This document shows, piece after piece, positions 43,862-56,358 of a stretch of 64,000 nt of DNA (position 1 is its first letter; each line of letters begins with the position of its first letter). This stretch comes from Bigelowiella natans CCMP2755. Taxonomy: Eukaryota > Protista > Cercozoa. The notes below the pieces were generated by a model. That model had not been told where the DNA came from. It saw only the letters and a program-made list of their open reading frames with translations, and did not search any database. The DNA lies in contig ADNK01002595.1 in NCBI GenBank assembly GCA_000320545.1, positions 62,001 to 126,000 on the forward strand, in the 5' to 3' direction. A program made the position numbers and the translations under genes.

Positions 43862-45217
43862 CTATTTATATTGATTCATTTGTATCTGACATGGGCTTTG
43901 ATTCAGTATTATTTCCTTCTGTACTTTTCCCCCATTTTGCTGCACTTGGCATGATTGCATGTCGGTACACACCCGCATTTGCGCCGCTTTGTTCTCATGC
44001 TATTGACAGGTACATGCAGCACGTCATGGATCTTGAAGTGAAGGCGAAACTTTCGAAATTGAAGAAGTCAGTGAGTAGATCAAAGATGACGATAATGATA
44101 ATGATGAAAATAGTGATAGGGTGGTGATAACGATGGCAAAGTGAGAGCATGGAGATTGTAGAGGGTGGTGGTAGTTGTGGTTGTGGTGGTGGGCGGCGTC
44201 ATCATCACCATCCAGTAGATGATTGATGTATGTAGCACCTACAAATATTAATGTAAGTCGTCTATGATTTATTTAAAGACACGTGCGGGTGGAGCAAGGA
44301 GTTGCGCTGTCAATGCATAGATTGCCTTCGATGAGGTCTGAAGTAGTATCAGAATATGTATCAGCAGTAATGAGTCATTGTAGTTGTTTCTACTGGAGCA
44401 AAGGCCAACACTGCCACTTCAATAATCGCATACGAAATTTAGACACACAGTTTGTCGCCTCAATGTGATCTCGATAATTGCTTAATTAGTACGGTTCCTG
44501 AATATGAAAATACATGCTGCGGCTGCAAGAAATCGTGCTACCAGTTTTGGGAAGTAAGCATTCATTCTCCAATGCATTTTTTCAAAACAATTCGTGGTCT
44601 CGCTTGATACCCATTCCAAGTGACTTCTGTTTACTTGAACATGTACCGTATCAGTGGTGCAAGCACTTGTGTCGGTGTTGCGGAGGGTACGTTCTTCATC
44701 TATCTTTGACTACTTCACAACAAGTGTGAATAATGTAAAAACTGAGATATATCTGATTTTGTTGTGCTGCATGCTCCGCGGTACCCTTGCTTTGTGTGGC
44801 GCGCACGCATACATACACAGCAACTCTAATAAAGCTGATGATATCTTCGTCCATGACCATCTCGACGAAATGTGCCCGCGTAAGTGTTGACCATAGAAAT
44901 AATTAAGATATTGAATTTTTGAAACGATGATTAATGATAATGATGAAGATGTAAATACGTGATTGATATGCTGATATTTATGTTTTTTCTATTTCTCAAT
45001 GAATCTTTTTGTATTTTTGCAGTCTACGATGATGAGGAAGCTGTCGTAGGTACAAATTGAAGCACGTATTACCTCATTAGTGCTGATTCGTTTTCATTAA
45101 AAACTTTGAGAGAATGGTTAGATCTTTTCCTAATTTTGCGTTCCCCATCCTGTATCAGGACATTTTGCCGATGGTGAAATTACTGCGAGTAATTGGCTTG
45201 ATACCCTCCAAGAGTGA
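23543..45217 (+). CDS. Very large multi-exon model: coiled coil + ankyrin-like repeats + polycystin-2-type (TRPP/PKD2) cation channel; may be two or three genes
   Basis: A run of plus-strand exons with no clear intergenic break. Coiled-coil exons at 24560-26970; ankyrin-like exons (DNTGTSLLHYLV about 30650, RTALHYAA about 34720, LHLAAVNGLVDVAAMLLKKGAKKDITDRRGITPL about 36250-36356); channel domain from about 38230. Start, continuity across 27000-27450 and attachment of exons 44490-45217 are unverified. Confidence 0.5.
38233..42670 (+). other. Polycystin cation channel domain (S1, TOP loop, S2-S6)
   Basis: S1 FLFYAVFLSLLSLLVV. TOP motifs FREIDSIDEFW-MWLEGPFL, IVGVPR-IRQLR..ESC, YPVSGYV and LKASDW-IDHLTRVVNVEFSLINTHTN..VEYPLVGG. 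S5 VLCSFAFAMYVAFG, pore TFGGVDYERI, S6 FVIFLGVLILNLIIAVLTHQYESA. These match the PKD2/PKD2L pattern. Confidence 0.88.
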
Positions 45218-45671
45218 TAATAGCATGGCTTTGGCGAGTAAACATCATCGGTTTGAAATAAGATGAATGATGTTATGCTGAGAAGATTTATAAGCGTTTC
45301 TATCGTCTGGCTGCTAAAAGATGATAAAAAACATATCAACTGCTTCATCGTCATTATAATTTCTCTCATAAGAGCTTTTAATGAAAGTAACAAATTAGTA
45401 ACGGACAATTTTTACACTGTAGTCACTGTTTCAATATATAAATCATGCTTAAGAAGCATGCTATATCTGTATATATATTATGGATGTAAGTTAACATATG
45501 AATGAGATTTTTACCGTTCGTTTGAAGAAAATACATCAGCGACAAGCAAACATGACATCACCACAGCAGTGCGTTAGAGTCTTAAGGCTATGCAATCGTG
45601 TAGAAAATCAGACGTTGCCATACACACACAGCGCTATTTTCAATCGCATGATGCGCTACGCCTAAAGGCGT

Positions 45672-45706
<35 letters not shown>

Positions 45707-45910
45707 AAACAGGAGAGCATGTTCGAATTAAGCAAACGCGCGAGTGCAATGTACGCTAAGAAGATGCGATTGCTGCTGTGTAATGTAATTTTCTCATCAT
45801 CGTTCATTCAATGATAGACATGCAATATTTCATGTATTGCTCCACTTGCTTAAACTCTTGACATGTTTGCCTCGGCTCATTTTAGTCGCAGCAGATTGCA
45901 TCGTTTAACA

Positions 45911-48900
45911 TTATGAATTCGGTCTAATGGTACGGCAGCCTTCTTTCAACGCTATTCCATCAGCTTTTTCTAAACTGGCTTGTGCGCCAGGATGCCCTTG
46001 GTTGGCGGCCTTTCGATACCATTGGACGGCCTGCTCCCAGTCTTTTCCCACCCCCCTACCTTTTTCGTAACACAATCCTAACTCATGTTGCGCGCCGCTG
46101 TGGCCTTTGATAGCGGCCTTACGATACCAGCTCACAGCTCGCTGCCAGTCCTTCTGCACTCCCTCACCTTTTTTGTAGCAAGCTGCGACACAGCATTGCG
46201 CACCGCTGTGACCTTGGAGGGCGGCTTTTCGATACCACTCGACGGCTTGCTTCCAGTCTTGCTCAACTCCCTCGCCTTTTTTGTAGCGAAATCCAAGAGC
46301 ATATTGTGCGCCGCTGTGCCCTAGGTCGGCGGCCTTATGGTACCACTCGACAGCTTGCCTCATGTCTTTCTCCACTCCCACACCTTTTTGGTAGCTGTGT
46401 GCTAGGTAGTACTGTGCACCACTGTCGTTTTGGTTCGCGGCTTTTCGATACCACTCGACGGCCTGCTTCCAGTTTTGCTCAACGCCCAGGCCTTTCTGGT
46501 AGCAAAATGCTATGTTGTTCTGGGCGCCTCTGTTTCCTTGTTTGGCAGACTTACGATACCACTCAACGGCTTGCTCCCAGCTTTTCTCCACTCCCCTGCC
46601 CTTTTCATAGCAAATTCCCAAAGTACATTGCGCGCCGCTGTGGCCTTGGTTGGCGGCTTTGAGATACCACTCGAAGGCTTGCTTCAAGTCTATCCCTACT
46701 CCCACGCCGCGTTGATAGCAAAGTGCTACATTGCATTGCGAAATGACATATCCTTGGTCGGCGGCCTTTCGATACCACCAGTAGGCCAGCTTCACATCTC
46801 TCTCTATTCCTCTACCGTTTTGATAGCAAACTCCAAGATTATATTGCGCGCCGCTGTGGCCTTGGGTAGCGGCCTTACGATAACACTCGACGGCTTGCTG
46901 CCAGTCTTTCTCCACCCCCTCTCCCTTTTCATAGCAAAGCGCCACAGCATATGAGGCGAGGCTGTAGCCTTGGTCAGCAGACTTGCGGTACCATTCGAGG
47001 GCTTGCTTGAAATCCTTGTCCACTCCGCTACCTTTTTTATAGGAAGTCCCCAGATTGTATTGCGCTATACTATCACCGACGGATGCTGCCATACGATACC
47101 AGTTTGATGCGATCTTTTCATCGATTTCAATCCCTGTTCCAAAAGTGTAACATGCTCCAAGGTTTCTTTGCCCTCTCGCGTGTCCTCGCTCTGCTGCCGT
47201 TTGGAAGCACGCAAAAGCCTCTTTATGCCTTGATTGCCTGTTATGCCATTCTCCAAGGAGGGTAAATGCAGCCCGTTCCCTGTTTGCCTTACTCCATATT
47301 TGAGACGCTGACTCCTCGTCCTTTGCGCAGTCAATTCCATTATAGTAGCAGAAACCTTTGGCTGCTTTGCTTCCCATCGCAGCAGCCTGCTTGATGAGAG
47401 CTGTTCCCGTGCTCTTGGATTGCCTTTTCCAATTCGATCCATAGTAAAAGTCATACCCTTCTTCGAATTTCCGGGCTATTTCCTCCTCTTGAGCATCCAT
47501 GTGGCGTTGGTGCTCAGCTTGCATCTCCTGTGTGCCGTGTTTCTCGATCCCTGCCATTCCATCTTGTGTGAGATTTTTTAATGCCTCATAAGCCGTTGGC
47601 CGTTTGTCGAGTTCATGACTTAGGCATTTGTTAAATATTTTCCCGTAATTGTCTCTGTATCTGAATACCATAATGAATATTTTAAGGAATTGCTTGTAAA
47701 TGTGACACTTCATCGCTACGACCTGGATGGGATATGCAGCTTGCATTTGCCAGTTGTGATTTCAGATACCACATTGGATAAACTCTCCCCAGCTTTGAAT
47801 CTCCTACTATATGGTGTTTCACCCTTCCACAAAACTTCAAACATCGTCACGCCAACTGACCAGATGTCCGCTTTGAACGTGAATTTTCGTTCTTTTCGCA
47901 GAGCTTCTGGTGGCATCCATGCCCAGGGAAGGAGTTCGGTACCCGTCGCAATATAAGTTCCACTAGGAGCACGGACGCACAAACCAAAATCAGCTAGTTT
48001 GGGAACAAGGCCAGGTTGGATGAGAATATTGCGGCAAGCGACGTCACGGTGGATGAGCTTATAAATGTGGAGATGCATCAATGCGAGGAGAAGTCCTCGG
48101 AATATTTTCCAGAAGTTCTGAGGAAAGGAAGTATGTAATTTTGATTTCCACCTATCTTCAAATGAAAATGAAAGGAGAGAGGAGTCACCTGAGGCGTTGT
48201 CAAATCGTACTTTCTGTGCAATTTGTCTAGGCTTCCCATTGTACAGAGCTCAGTCAGAAAGCACAACGCCCCTCTTGCATTTGGCAATATTCCACAGAAT
48301 CTGCACGAACGTACTACAGACTCACACGGTATGACAATCAAAAGGCATTGAAACAAGCACCTACCCAACGATATTTTCCTGGCCCGATACGATCATCAGC
48401 GCCAGCATCTCCTTCTTGTACCTGCAAAAATAGAGCGATGGTTGCCGAAATTGATGATAAAATATAGATGAATATTTTGGGTGTATAATCAGTTGGTGGT
48501 TTACTCTTCTGATGCGTTCACGCTCTTTGGCTCTTTCAAAGCTATGCCCTGCGAACCAAATAACATCGCACATAAAGCGGAAACTTCCACGATCAAGTCT
48601 AAATTGCAACCTGTCCCGACTTGAGTGTCGCCATCCACGTGATCCCAAACTTTCCCTGAAGAAAATCTTTGATCATGTTGGAACGGCTAAGATTTCATTA
48701 TATGTTGCTGTATCTACACCTCGCCAAGTCGCTTGGTCCTTTGAATGTCTTGCTCACCAAATACAAATGAGTTTCCCTGATGTTTGGTCTCAATGACATT
48801 GTTGCTCTCCGATCGTGGGATCCATTCGTTCGAGTCTCTCACAGCTTTTGGCACGTTTTTGCAAGAACCAGATTCTCCTGTATTCTCTACATTTTGCTCA

Positions 48901-49440
48901 CTTTTGTTGTGCGGAGCGTAGCTGTAAATATAATTTGTGCGGTCTTCTCCGTTTCCTTGATTTTGGGCCTCACTATTATTACTTTCGTCCGATTGTGGGA
49001 TCCTTTTTTTGGAATCCTTCATAGATTTCGCCGTGTTTTCGGAACTTGACTCATCAACTTGAAGCGAACCTTTCGCAACTCCATTATTAACGGCGGGTTT
49101 CTTTCCTGTGGCCGAAGAGGAAGCGTAATATATGTACTCCGAATGTTTTTCTCCATCTTCTTGATTTTCGATCTCACTAACATTGCTGCCCTCCACTTGG
49201 GGGATCTTTTCATTTGAATCTCTCACAGGTTCTTTCGCATTTTCGCAACTCGACTCTTCAACTTGAAATGAATCTGTTTCTCCACTTTTGTATTCTCTGC
49301 TTTTGCTGTGTGATGACGAAGCGTAGTTGCAAATGTTATTCAATGCCTCTTCTCCATCTTCTTGTATCCTTTGCTTCGGAGAGTATTTGATGGAAAGCAT
49401 CGATGCTCGGCATTTTGGGCAAAGTCCTGCTTCCAAAGCC
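45911..49440 (-). CDS. Protein kinase with tyrosine-kinase-type catalytic loop, N-terminal Tyr-containing repeats and C-terminal Sel1-like repeat array
   Basis: Spliced kinase: LGE-GKFG, IALK, YKKEM, FLTELCTMGSL, IHRDVACRNIL, DFG, LPWAWMPPEAL, DIWSVGVTMFEV, CLSHELDKRPT. It continues in one long exon into 11 canonical and about 3 degenerate Sel1 repeats. Extra 5' exons possible up to about 49910. Confidence 0.9.
45990..47180 (-). repeat. Coding tandem array of 108-bp (36-aa) Sel1-like repeats
   Basis: Repeating unit SGAQxxLGxCYxKGxGVEKDWxQAVEWYRKAAxQGH, with visible DNA-level recurrence (plus-strand GCGCGCCGCTGTGGCCTTG and CGATACCACTCGACGGC variants). Confidence 0.95.
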
Positions 49441-50099
49441 CTAAGCTACATTGTTCATACATGAAATATTTACACATCTTGTCATCAACTCAAAGAAGGT
49501 GCGCGAGTGTATGTGCGTGTGCTCATTCGCTCGAATTTGTGGTATCCACCTTCTCTCTTGTCTCCTTTAGCTCCTAACCAATATGCAACAAATCACTGAT
49601 GTTGCCCGTAGCTTGTGGAGAGTAGTAGATGATGACGAAAAGGAACGTAAAGGATGTAGTTGTACGCAGCAGTAGCAGTACCAGCACCATCAGCAACGCA
49701 ATATACGCGCGAGCAGCAGCACCTGTTGGATTAGAGCGAGGGTAGGCATGCTTGCAGATGTACTCTGGAGTGAACCCGTAACGCTGCTTCAGCGTCGTCG
49801 TTAAAGTAGACAAAATACAAGGGGATTTATCCCCTACGACAACAACTCGGCACAACAAGACAACGAGAAGGATCTGCTTGGATCCTTTGTCGCATCTGGC
49901 AAACGGTGGACATTCCGTCTCCCTTGTTTGTCTTTAGATTCTTGTTGGAAGTCGTTTTGCTTTTCGTTGTTGTTGGAATCGGCTAGTCGGATGGTATTAT
50001 TTTTGCAGACGCAGGAAGAAAACCGCCTGTATTCTGTGCTTAAAAGTAGTAGTGAAAGTAACACAGCACTGAGCTGTAGCAACCGAGCAGGAGCCGACA

Positions 50100-50701
50100 A
50101 TGGTGGCCGTTGAGCCGAGCTCCACCATCGAGGACGGGCTGCAGAACAACAGAAGAAGCACCATTGAAGAAAAGGAGGATCTCAAATCTAATGGAAAGCT
50201 AGTAAGCGAGCACGATTTTGAGCAACGAGAGCAGAGATGGGTGGAGCACGGCGCTGGGCCTCTGTCAATAGCTCTCATTTACGTCGGTGGGTGAATGAAG
50301 GCACACTCTCTTTCCCTTTCAAATATGATTGGATGTACGTGCAAAATTGGGTGTCGTGAGCAATTTGAAGTCGTTGATCTTTATTTCTTGAACCATACTC
50401 ACTTTTATTGTCCCTTCCTTTCCCCCCCCTTTTCTTCTTCTATTGGGCAGTCGTTTTCCCGTTTGCTCTAGGCGTTGCGTTCCAGCTTGAAGACAGGTTA
50501 TTATTCCAAGGATGAAGAGGATAGTGATGGTGATGATGATCATGATGATGATGAGATTGCATCATTACTCATTGGTGACTTCGATTCTCCATCCCTTCTG
50601 CCAAATGTTATATTTAGTGGCAAGAGAGATTTTCTCTTGGGACTGTTAGGAGCCTCTGCAGGAGTCTCTCTAATATTCTTAGCCTTGGTTGTTGTTGATT
50701 G

Positions 50702-50745
<44 letters not shown>

Positions 50746-51136
50746 TTAAGATTTTCTTTCGTATTCAGTCAAGAAATTAATCATTATACCTATCATCATG
50801 ATCGTCGTCTTCTTCTACCCTCTTTTCATGGCCATGGTCGTCATGTGTTCTCTTTACTTGTCGTCGTATCAGACACACCTTACGGATCCTGGGAGACTTA
50901 AATTAGAGGATACAGTTGCGGTATATTTTGTTATGCATATATGTGCATGTATACATATGAATATTTACATATTATATATATATATATATATATATATACT
51001 ATGCTGCTTATTATCCTACTACATTAATGATGAGGTGTACCGCTACAGTATGATTACATGTTGGTGTTAGCTACCCCCCCCTGACGATCCGAGCACCATT
51101 TCTTCGAAAGAATGGGGAGGAAAGCGATATAGATGG

Positions 51137-51174
<38 letters not shown>

Positions 51175-51214
51175 GCTATGCGCTTATGCGTGCACACATA
51201 TCTACCCCCCACCC

Positions 51215-51254
<40 letters not shown>

Positions 51255-51344
51255 ACTCAAATGTGATTCAGCGAAAATACTAACAAACGTTTTATCATCA
51301 TCATCACCATCATCATCATTTTCTTAAAAATATTTTTGGACATT

Positions 51345-51377
<33 letters not shown>

Positions 51378-51489
51378 TTATAATCTCGCTGGATTGATCT
51401 AAAAGGTGCACCACATGTAAGCTGTGGCGGCCTCCTCGATGCTCACATTGCAATTTATGCGGTAGTACAGAGAATAAATGAAAGTATGG

Positions 51490-51532
<43 letters not shown>

Positions 51533-51835
51533 TGTCGTCGTGTGTAATCTAACAAATATTTCTAATTCCTGAAGGATACTGCGTGCTACGCTTCGATCAT
51601 CATTGTCCTGCTATGGGTAATATCACTCTTTTCAAAACCATGCCATACTATTGCTCATATAAACGCGAGCACACATAAGAGTGTAGATAATATGAAATAT
51701 AATGTGATGTGTATTTTTGCGTGTGTGTGTGTGTGTGTGTGTGTTCTAAGGTAATTGTATTGGATTAAAGAACCATCGTTTCTTTGTGGTGATGCTAGTA
51801 ACTGCTGGCTTCTCTTTGGCACTCTGCATAGTAAG

Positions 51836-51875
<40 letters not shown>

Positions 51876-52132
51876 AATGATTATCTTGATCACATCTCTC
51901 CTTCCTATTATCACCGTGCTCTATACTCTTCCTCCTCCTCCTCCTCCTCCTCCTGCTGCTGCTCAAACGGATTATGCTGAAAATATGTGTGTATGTGAAT
52001 ATAAAGACTATCTACGTGGAGAGATTAATAGAAATCAGTTGGCCTTCTCCATCCGCATGGAAACACTGGTAAGGAGGAATGAGAAAAAGATAAATTCTAT
52101 TTGTTTGCACGAGTACTAATCAATTTGCCCTA

Positions 52133-52172
<40 letters not shown>

Positions 52173-52273
52173 TTCCACTCTATATCTGCACGTCATTCAG
52201 GGAAGCTTATTTAGTTGCTTTGTCGGTTCTAATATGCGGGTGTCCCTCCATAAACCTGTACGCAGTAGTTGTA

Positions 52274-52306
<33 letters not shown>

Positions 52307-52924
52307 TCATATTGAACGTCGCTTTAATCTATGCACTGATGCTGTAGCCATTTGAGAGAAAGTAAGCTAGTACACACGCATACTATAATCGATATGATAC
52401 GCACACTCCTACTTTCCTCTATACACAAATTTATCATCATCATTACCATCTCGTCAGTTGGAGAATTTATCGTCTATCTCAGGTGCGGCTTTGGATGCAT
52501 AAACTTCTGCAGCTTGTTTTGCGATCTAACTACAAAGGAACGAGTCAAAGGTAATGCGAATGATGATGATGGATATGCAAAGCGCTATTCTTACTTTGTG
52601 TGGTGGTAGTTGTGTGCATGATTTTTGTTCCATGAGTATAGACGACACGATTGCCTTGCGATCGAAGCATTGAAATCAAATCAATCCATCATTTTTGAGT
52701 TGAGAAGGAATTGACCGAGCATTATCCTTGTTATCATCCTGTTAGTACATCACGTCATATTCATTATACTCATTATCAACATCGTCATCACAACCTTTAT
52801 TCTGATACGGTTAGGACGAGATAGAAACGTCCTCGCTCCCAGGGTCAGTGATAGTAGTAGTAGAGAGGACAACACGAAGTACTCATTAAAAGGGGGAGGG
52901 GAGATAGTTGAAAGTACAAGGGAA

Positions 52925-52964
<40 letters not shown>

Positions 52965-53371
52965 GCATAATTCACTCGTCATTTTCCAATACGTCGTATT
53001 TTCCTTGTCATACGTGTGTATGTGTCGTGAATATCGTTTATTATTGACGATTATATATCAAGCAAAACGATGATGAGATTTCGCAAGCAAAGTGTAAGTG
53101 CGACAATGCCTTACCGTTGCCTTCCGTCTATTTCTTCCTTTTGTTCTTTTTCCTTCTTGTTCTTCATAGAATACAAGCGGAATATACGCAATATTATGCG
53201 AATCTATCTCACTCCGTGCCCTGGTATACTACTACTACTAATGATAATATAATAGTAACAATACTGCTGCTGCTGATGTTACAACAACTACTACTTCCAC
53301 TGCTAGTAGTAGAACTTCCTACAAGCACCACTTATCAGCCATCCTCTACTACAATCAAAACCTACAATCAA

Positions 53372-53436
<65 letters not shown>

Positions 53437-53573
53437 TTTTATTCCTACTTCCTAGTATGTGGACACATGCAATGGAACTCCGCATTACGTTCCAAAACGA
53501 AAACGACGAGGCAAGATGCAATACTGCGACTACTCCTGCTACTACTACTATTTCCATATCATTAACAGAATAA
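50100..53573 (+). CDS. DHHC-type protein S-acyltransferase (palmitoyltransferase); multi-exon
   Basis: TDPG (about 50882), CTTCKLWRPPRCSHCNLC (about 51407-51460), YCVLRFDHHCPAMG (about 51577-51617), NCIGLKNHRFF (about 51752), LTTKERVK (about 52527) and flanking hydrophobic exons. Stop position approximate. Confidence 0.93.
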
Positions 53574-54858
53574 TTATAATAACGATTCGAAATAGGACAA
53601 CATTGTAAATATAACACGTGTTTGAACCGAGCCTTATTGCTATCGACGCACTCATGAAGGAGGCTTTCGCATTCCTAGATCTGGATTTGTGTTGTATTTT
53701 TGTGTCTTTTCCGACCCATTTCCTATCTCCTTTTTCTTAGTAAACATATTGCGCTATCTATCTATGTGTAAGTTTACAATACGTATCAACATTTTACAGT
53801 TATAGGAGTCACACGCCGTCCACAACCGAGCGTGGTAATTGTTATAGTGACGCTGAATAAACAAGAATCATAGCGTTTTATGAATACAGGGAGGAGAATT
53901 CTCGAAAATCCTTCAACTTTTGGTTTATTTTGTGGTGCGTGTGCGTGTATTTGGCAGCAACAGCCTACTGCACATGAATTGTTTTGATTTGTTCTTAATA
54001 GTTCATCGCCATATTTTAAGGCATCTGTGAAGTCGGACTCTCCCCTCACACAAGTGGTGGTGGATGGGGAAGTTGTGGCTGCTCCAATAGGGGGCGACGA
54101 CGAATTGAAGGAAAACAAGGTTACAGAGGACGTAGCACGCAATGAATAATCTTGTTGCAATGGGGAAAAACGTTCTTTGAGCATGGCATACCCCTGTCAA
54201 CTAGTAACTGATGCGAGAGGTTCCCACCAGCAAAACTAAATTTAACATCGACTAGATCGATGCTATTCGATCGGAGACTATGATTCGCCGCCTAGAACAT
54301 GTCTAGACAGACGTACCGTTCCGCAAGTAGCCACACGTCATTTTTATATTAGCTATTCAGGCTTGGTCCCCGCCGTCTATATGCGACATGCCAGCTGTAA
54401 TTTTGTTAGTGATATGACGTCAATGCAGCTTGTCGTACCTGAACTATGCCATGCCAGACACGCGAGTAACTGGCACAAAGCACGATGTCCGACAAGTGCT
54501 TTGTTTGCCTATAATTTGCCACATCTAGACATGCGCTGGCTGAAGGCATGCGTGTATACTACCTCTATGAAACTACACATGATTTGATGATATTGTCACA
54601 ATATCGATGAGCTTTATGTATATTGAGATCGCAGGCAAGAAATATGGCAAAAACAGCTAGCTTGAGGAACACTCTAGAGCGGTGTTGCCGGCTGATGTTA
54701 GCCTGATCGCGCGCGGGCTGAGCTTTGGCAGATGGGAAGCGCATAGAAACAATGGCATCGTTGTCAAAAATTACATTTAGCACATATAAATATATATCAC
54801 AACTCAAATCTATCTGTGGGTTAGTTAGAACATCTAGATATTTGTTGTTTTGCACGGT

Positions 54859-55444
54859 TCAATATCCCTCCGGTACCCCCATTACTGGGAGCTTCATATC
54901 AGGCCCATGAATGCAGCCACCCTGCCTACGGGAAAACACACGGTCAACCTTTGTTGGATCTGGTCTATACAGTTGAACATTAGCTTTGGTTGCAATTTTT
55001 TCGTTCTTATTGAAAAATATCGTTCGCGAATTCTTGAATTCCGAGTATATGTGACTCTGCCACTCGCCATCCCTTTCATTTGAGCACTCGTGCACATCGC
55101 GTGTCAGCGACCAAAGCATCATCAACTGTCGAGGAAAAGAGTACATAAGGAGGAGGAGGAGGAGGAGGATACATATGAATTAGGTTACGAATTCACTTGA
55201 TATCAGTTAGAAGACTATTCTCTACCGACGTACAGTGCGAAGTAAAAGAAATTCAAAGAACATGCACTACTTTTCAATACCTTGCTCCCCTTCGAGGCAG
55301 TATACCTTGCAATGTCAGAGACGGTTTCCAAGGGGGTGACTTGTGTCATCACGCCAACACCAACGTTTTCGTATCCAACGATCTTACCATATCTACAATA
55401 AAAACTTCGTTTGCTGCTATGCTGGGAACAAGGTCTAATGCATA

Positions 55445-55542
<98 letters not shown>

Positions 55543-56317
55543 TGGAACATGAGTAGCACGACCTTTCAAAGAGGTCATGTTGTTCATCCCAGTATCTCAT
55601 GGTGGTAACGTGCTGGATGAGATGCTTTGTCTCTGCAAGGATTTCTTCGTCGTGTGGATTACCTAACCCAGCACAAACGAGGAATTAGTAACATAGGATG
55701 GTTAAGTATTACGGCCTCAACATACTTAAAAGCGTTTATTTGGTGCAGCAAAACCGTAAGGAGGAGGAGGAGGAGGAGCAACATATGTAACTCTCTTCAC
55801 GCTCAACTGGTATGTGACTAACCCATAGTGACATAGGTGACAATCATGTTGGGATCCTCGTGCTTTATGGATTTAATAAGATCGATGAACTTTCCGGAAA
55901 ACTTTGTTTCATCCTATCAGGAGAGAGGAAAGATTGCATGACAACGTTGAAGCACGATATTGCCATTGGAAGTATCATCGTATTCGTTGCGTGCTATACC
56001 ATGCCACTCTCGATATCCATGTCAAATCCGTCGATTCCGTGCATCTTAGCATCTGCAACGATATTCTTTGCGAAGGCAGGGATGTTAACCTGGTCCCAAT
56101 GGCATGTGGGAGAGTCGAGTAGGGATAGCAGCACCTTCTGCACTTTTTTTCGATTCTTAATCTCTGCAATGTCGCTAAATATCTCTTGTTTGCTATAGAC
56201 AAATGTTTGATCAAATTCCCAGCCGCTTGCGTTGTTCATAGACTCCCCATCAAGTGCCCTGATATGTAGAGGATACATTCAAATTAAAATTGAGAATAAA
56301 TTTACCTCTATGCGCGC

Positions 56318-56358
<41 letters not shown>

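Noticed and set aside
45990-47180. Regularly spaced DNA repeats as a possible CRISPR array
   Set aside because: The 108-bp period is in frame with Sel1 protein repeats, the context is eukaryotic, there is no repeat-spacer structure and no cas genes are present.
46085-47265. Plus-strand ORFs overlapping the Sel1 array
   Set aside because: Antisense shadows of the repetitive coding strand with no independent motifs.
53786-54200. 132-aa minus-strand ORF downstream of GH18
   Set aside because: No recognisable motif or convincing splice link to neighbouring genes.
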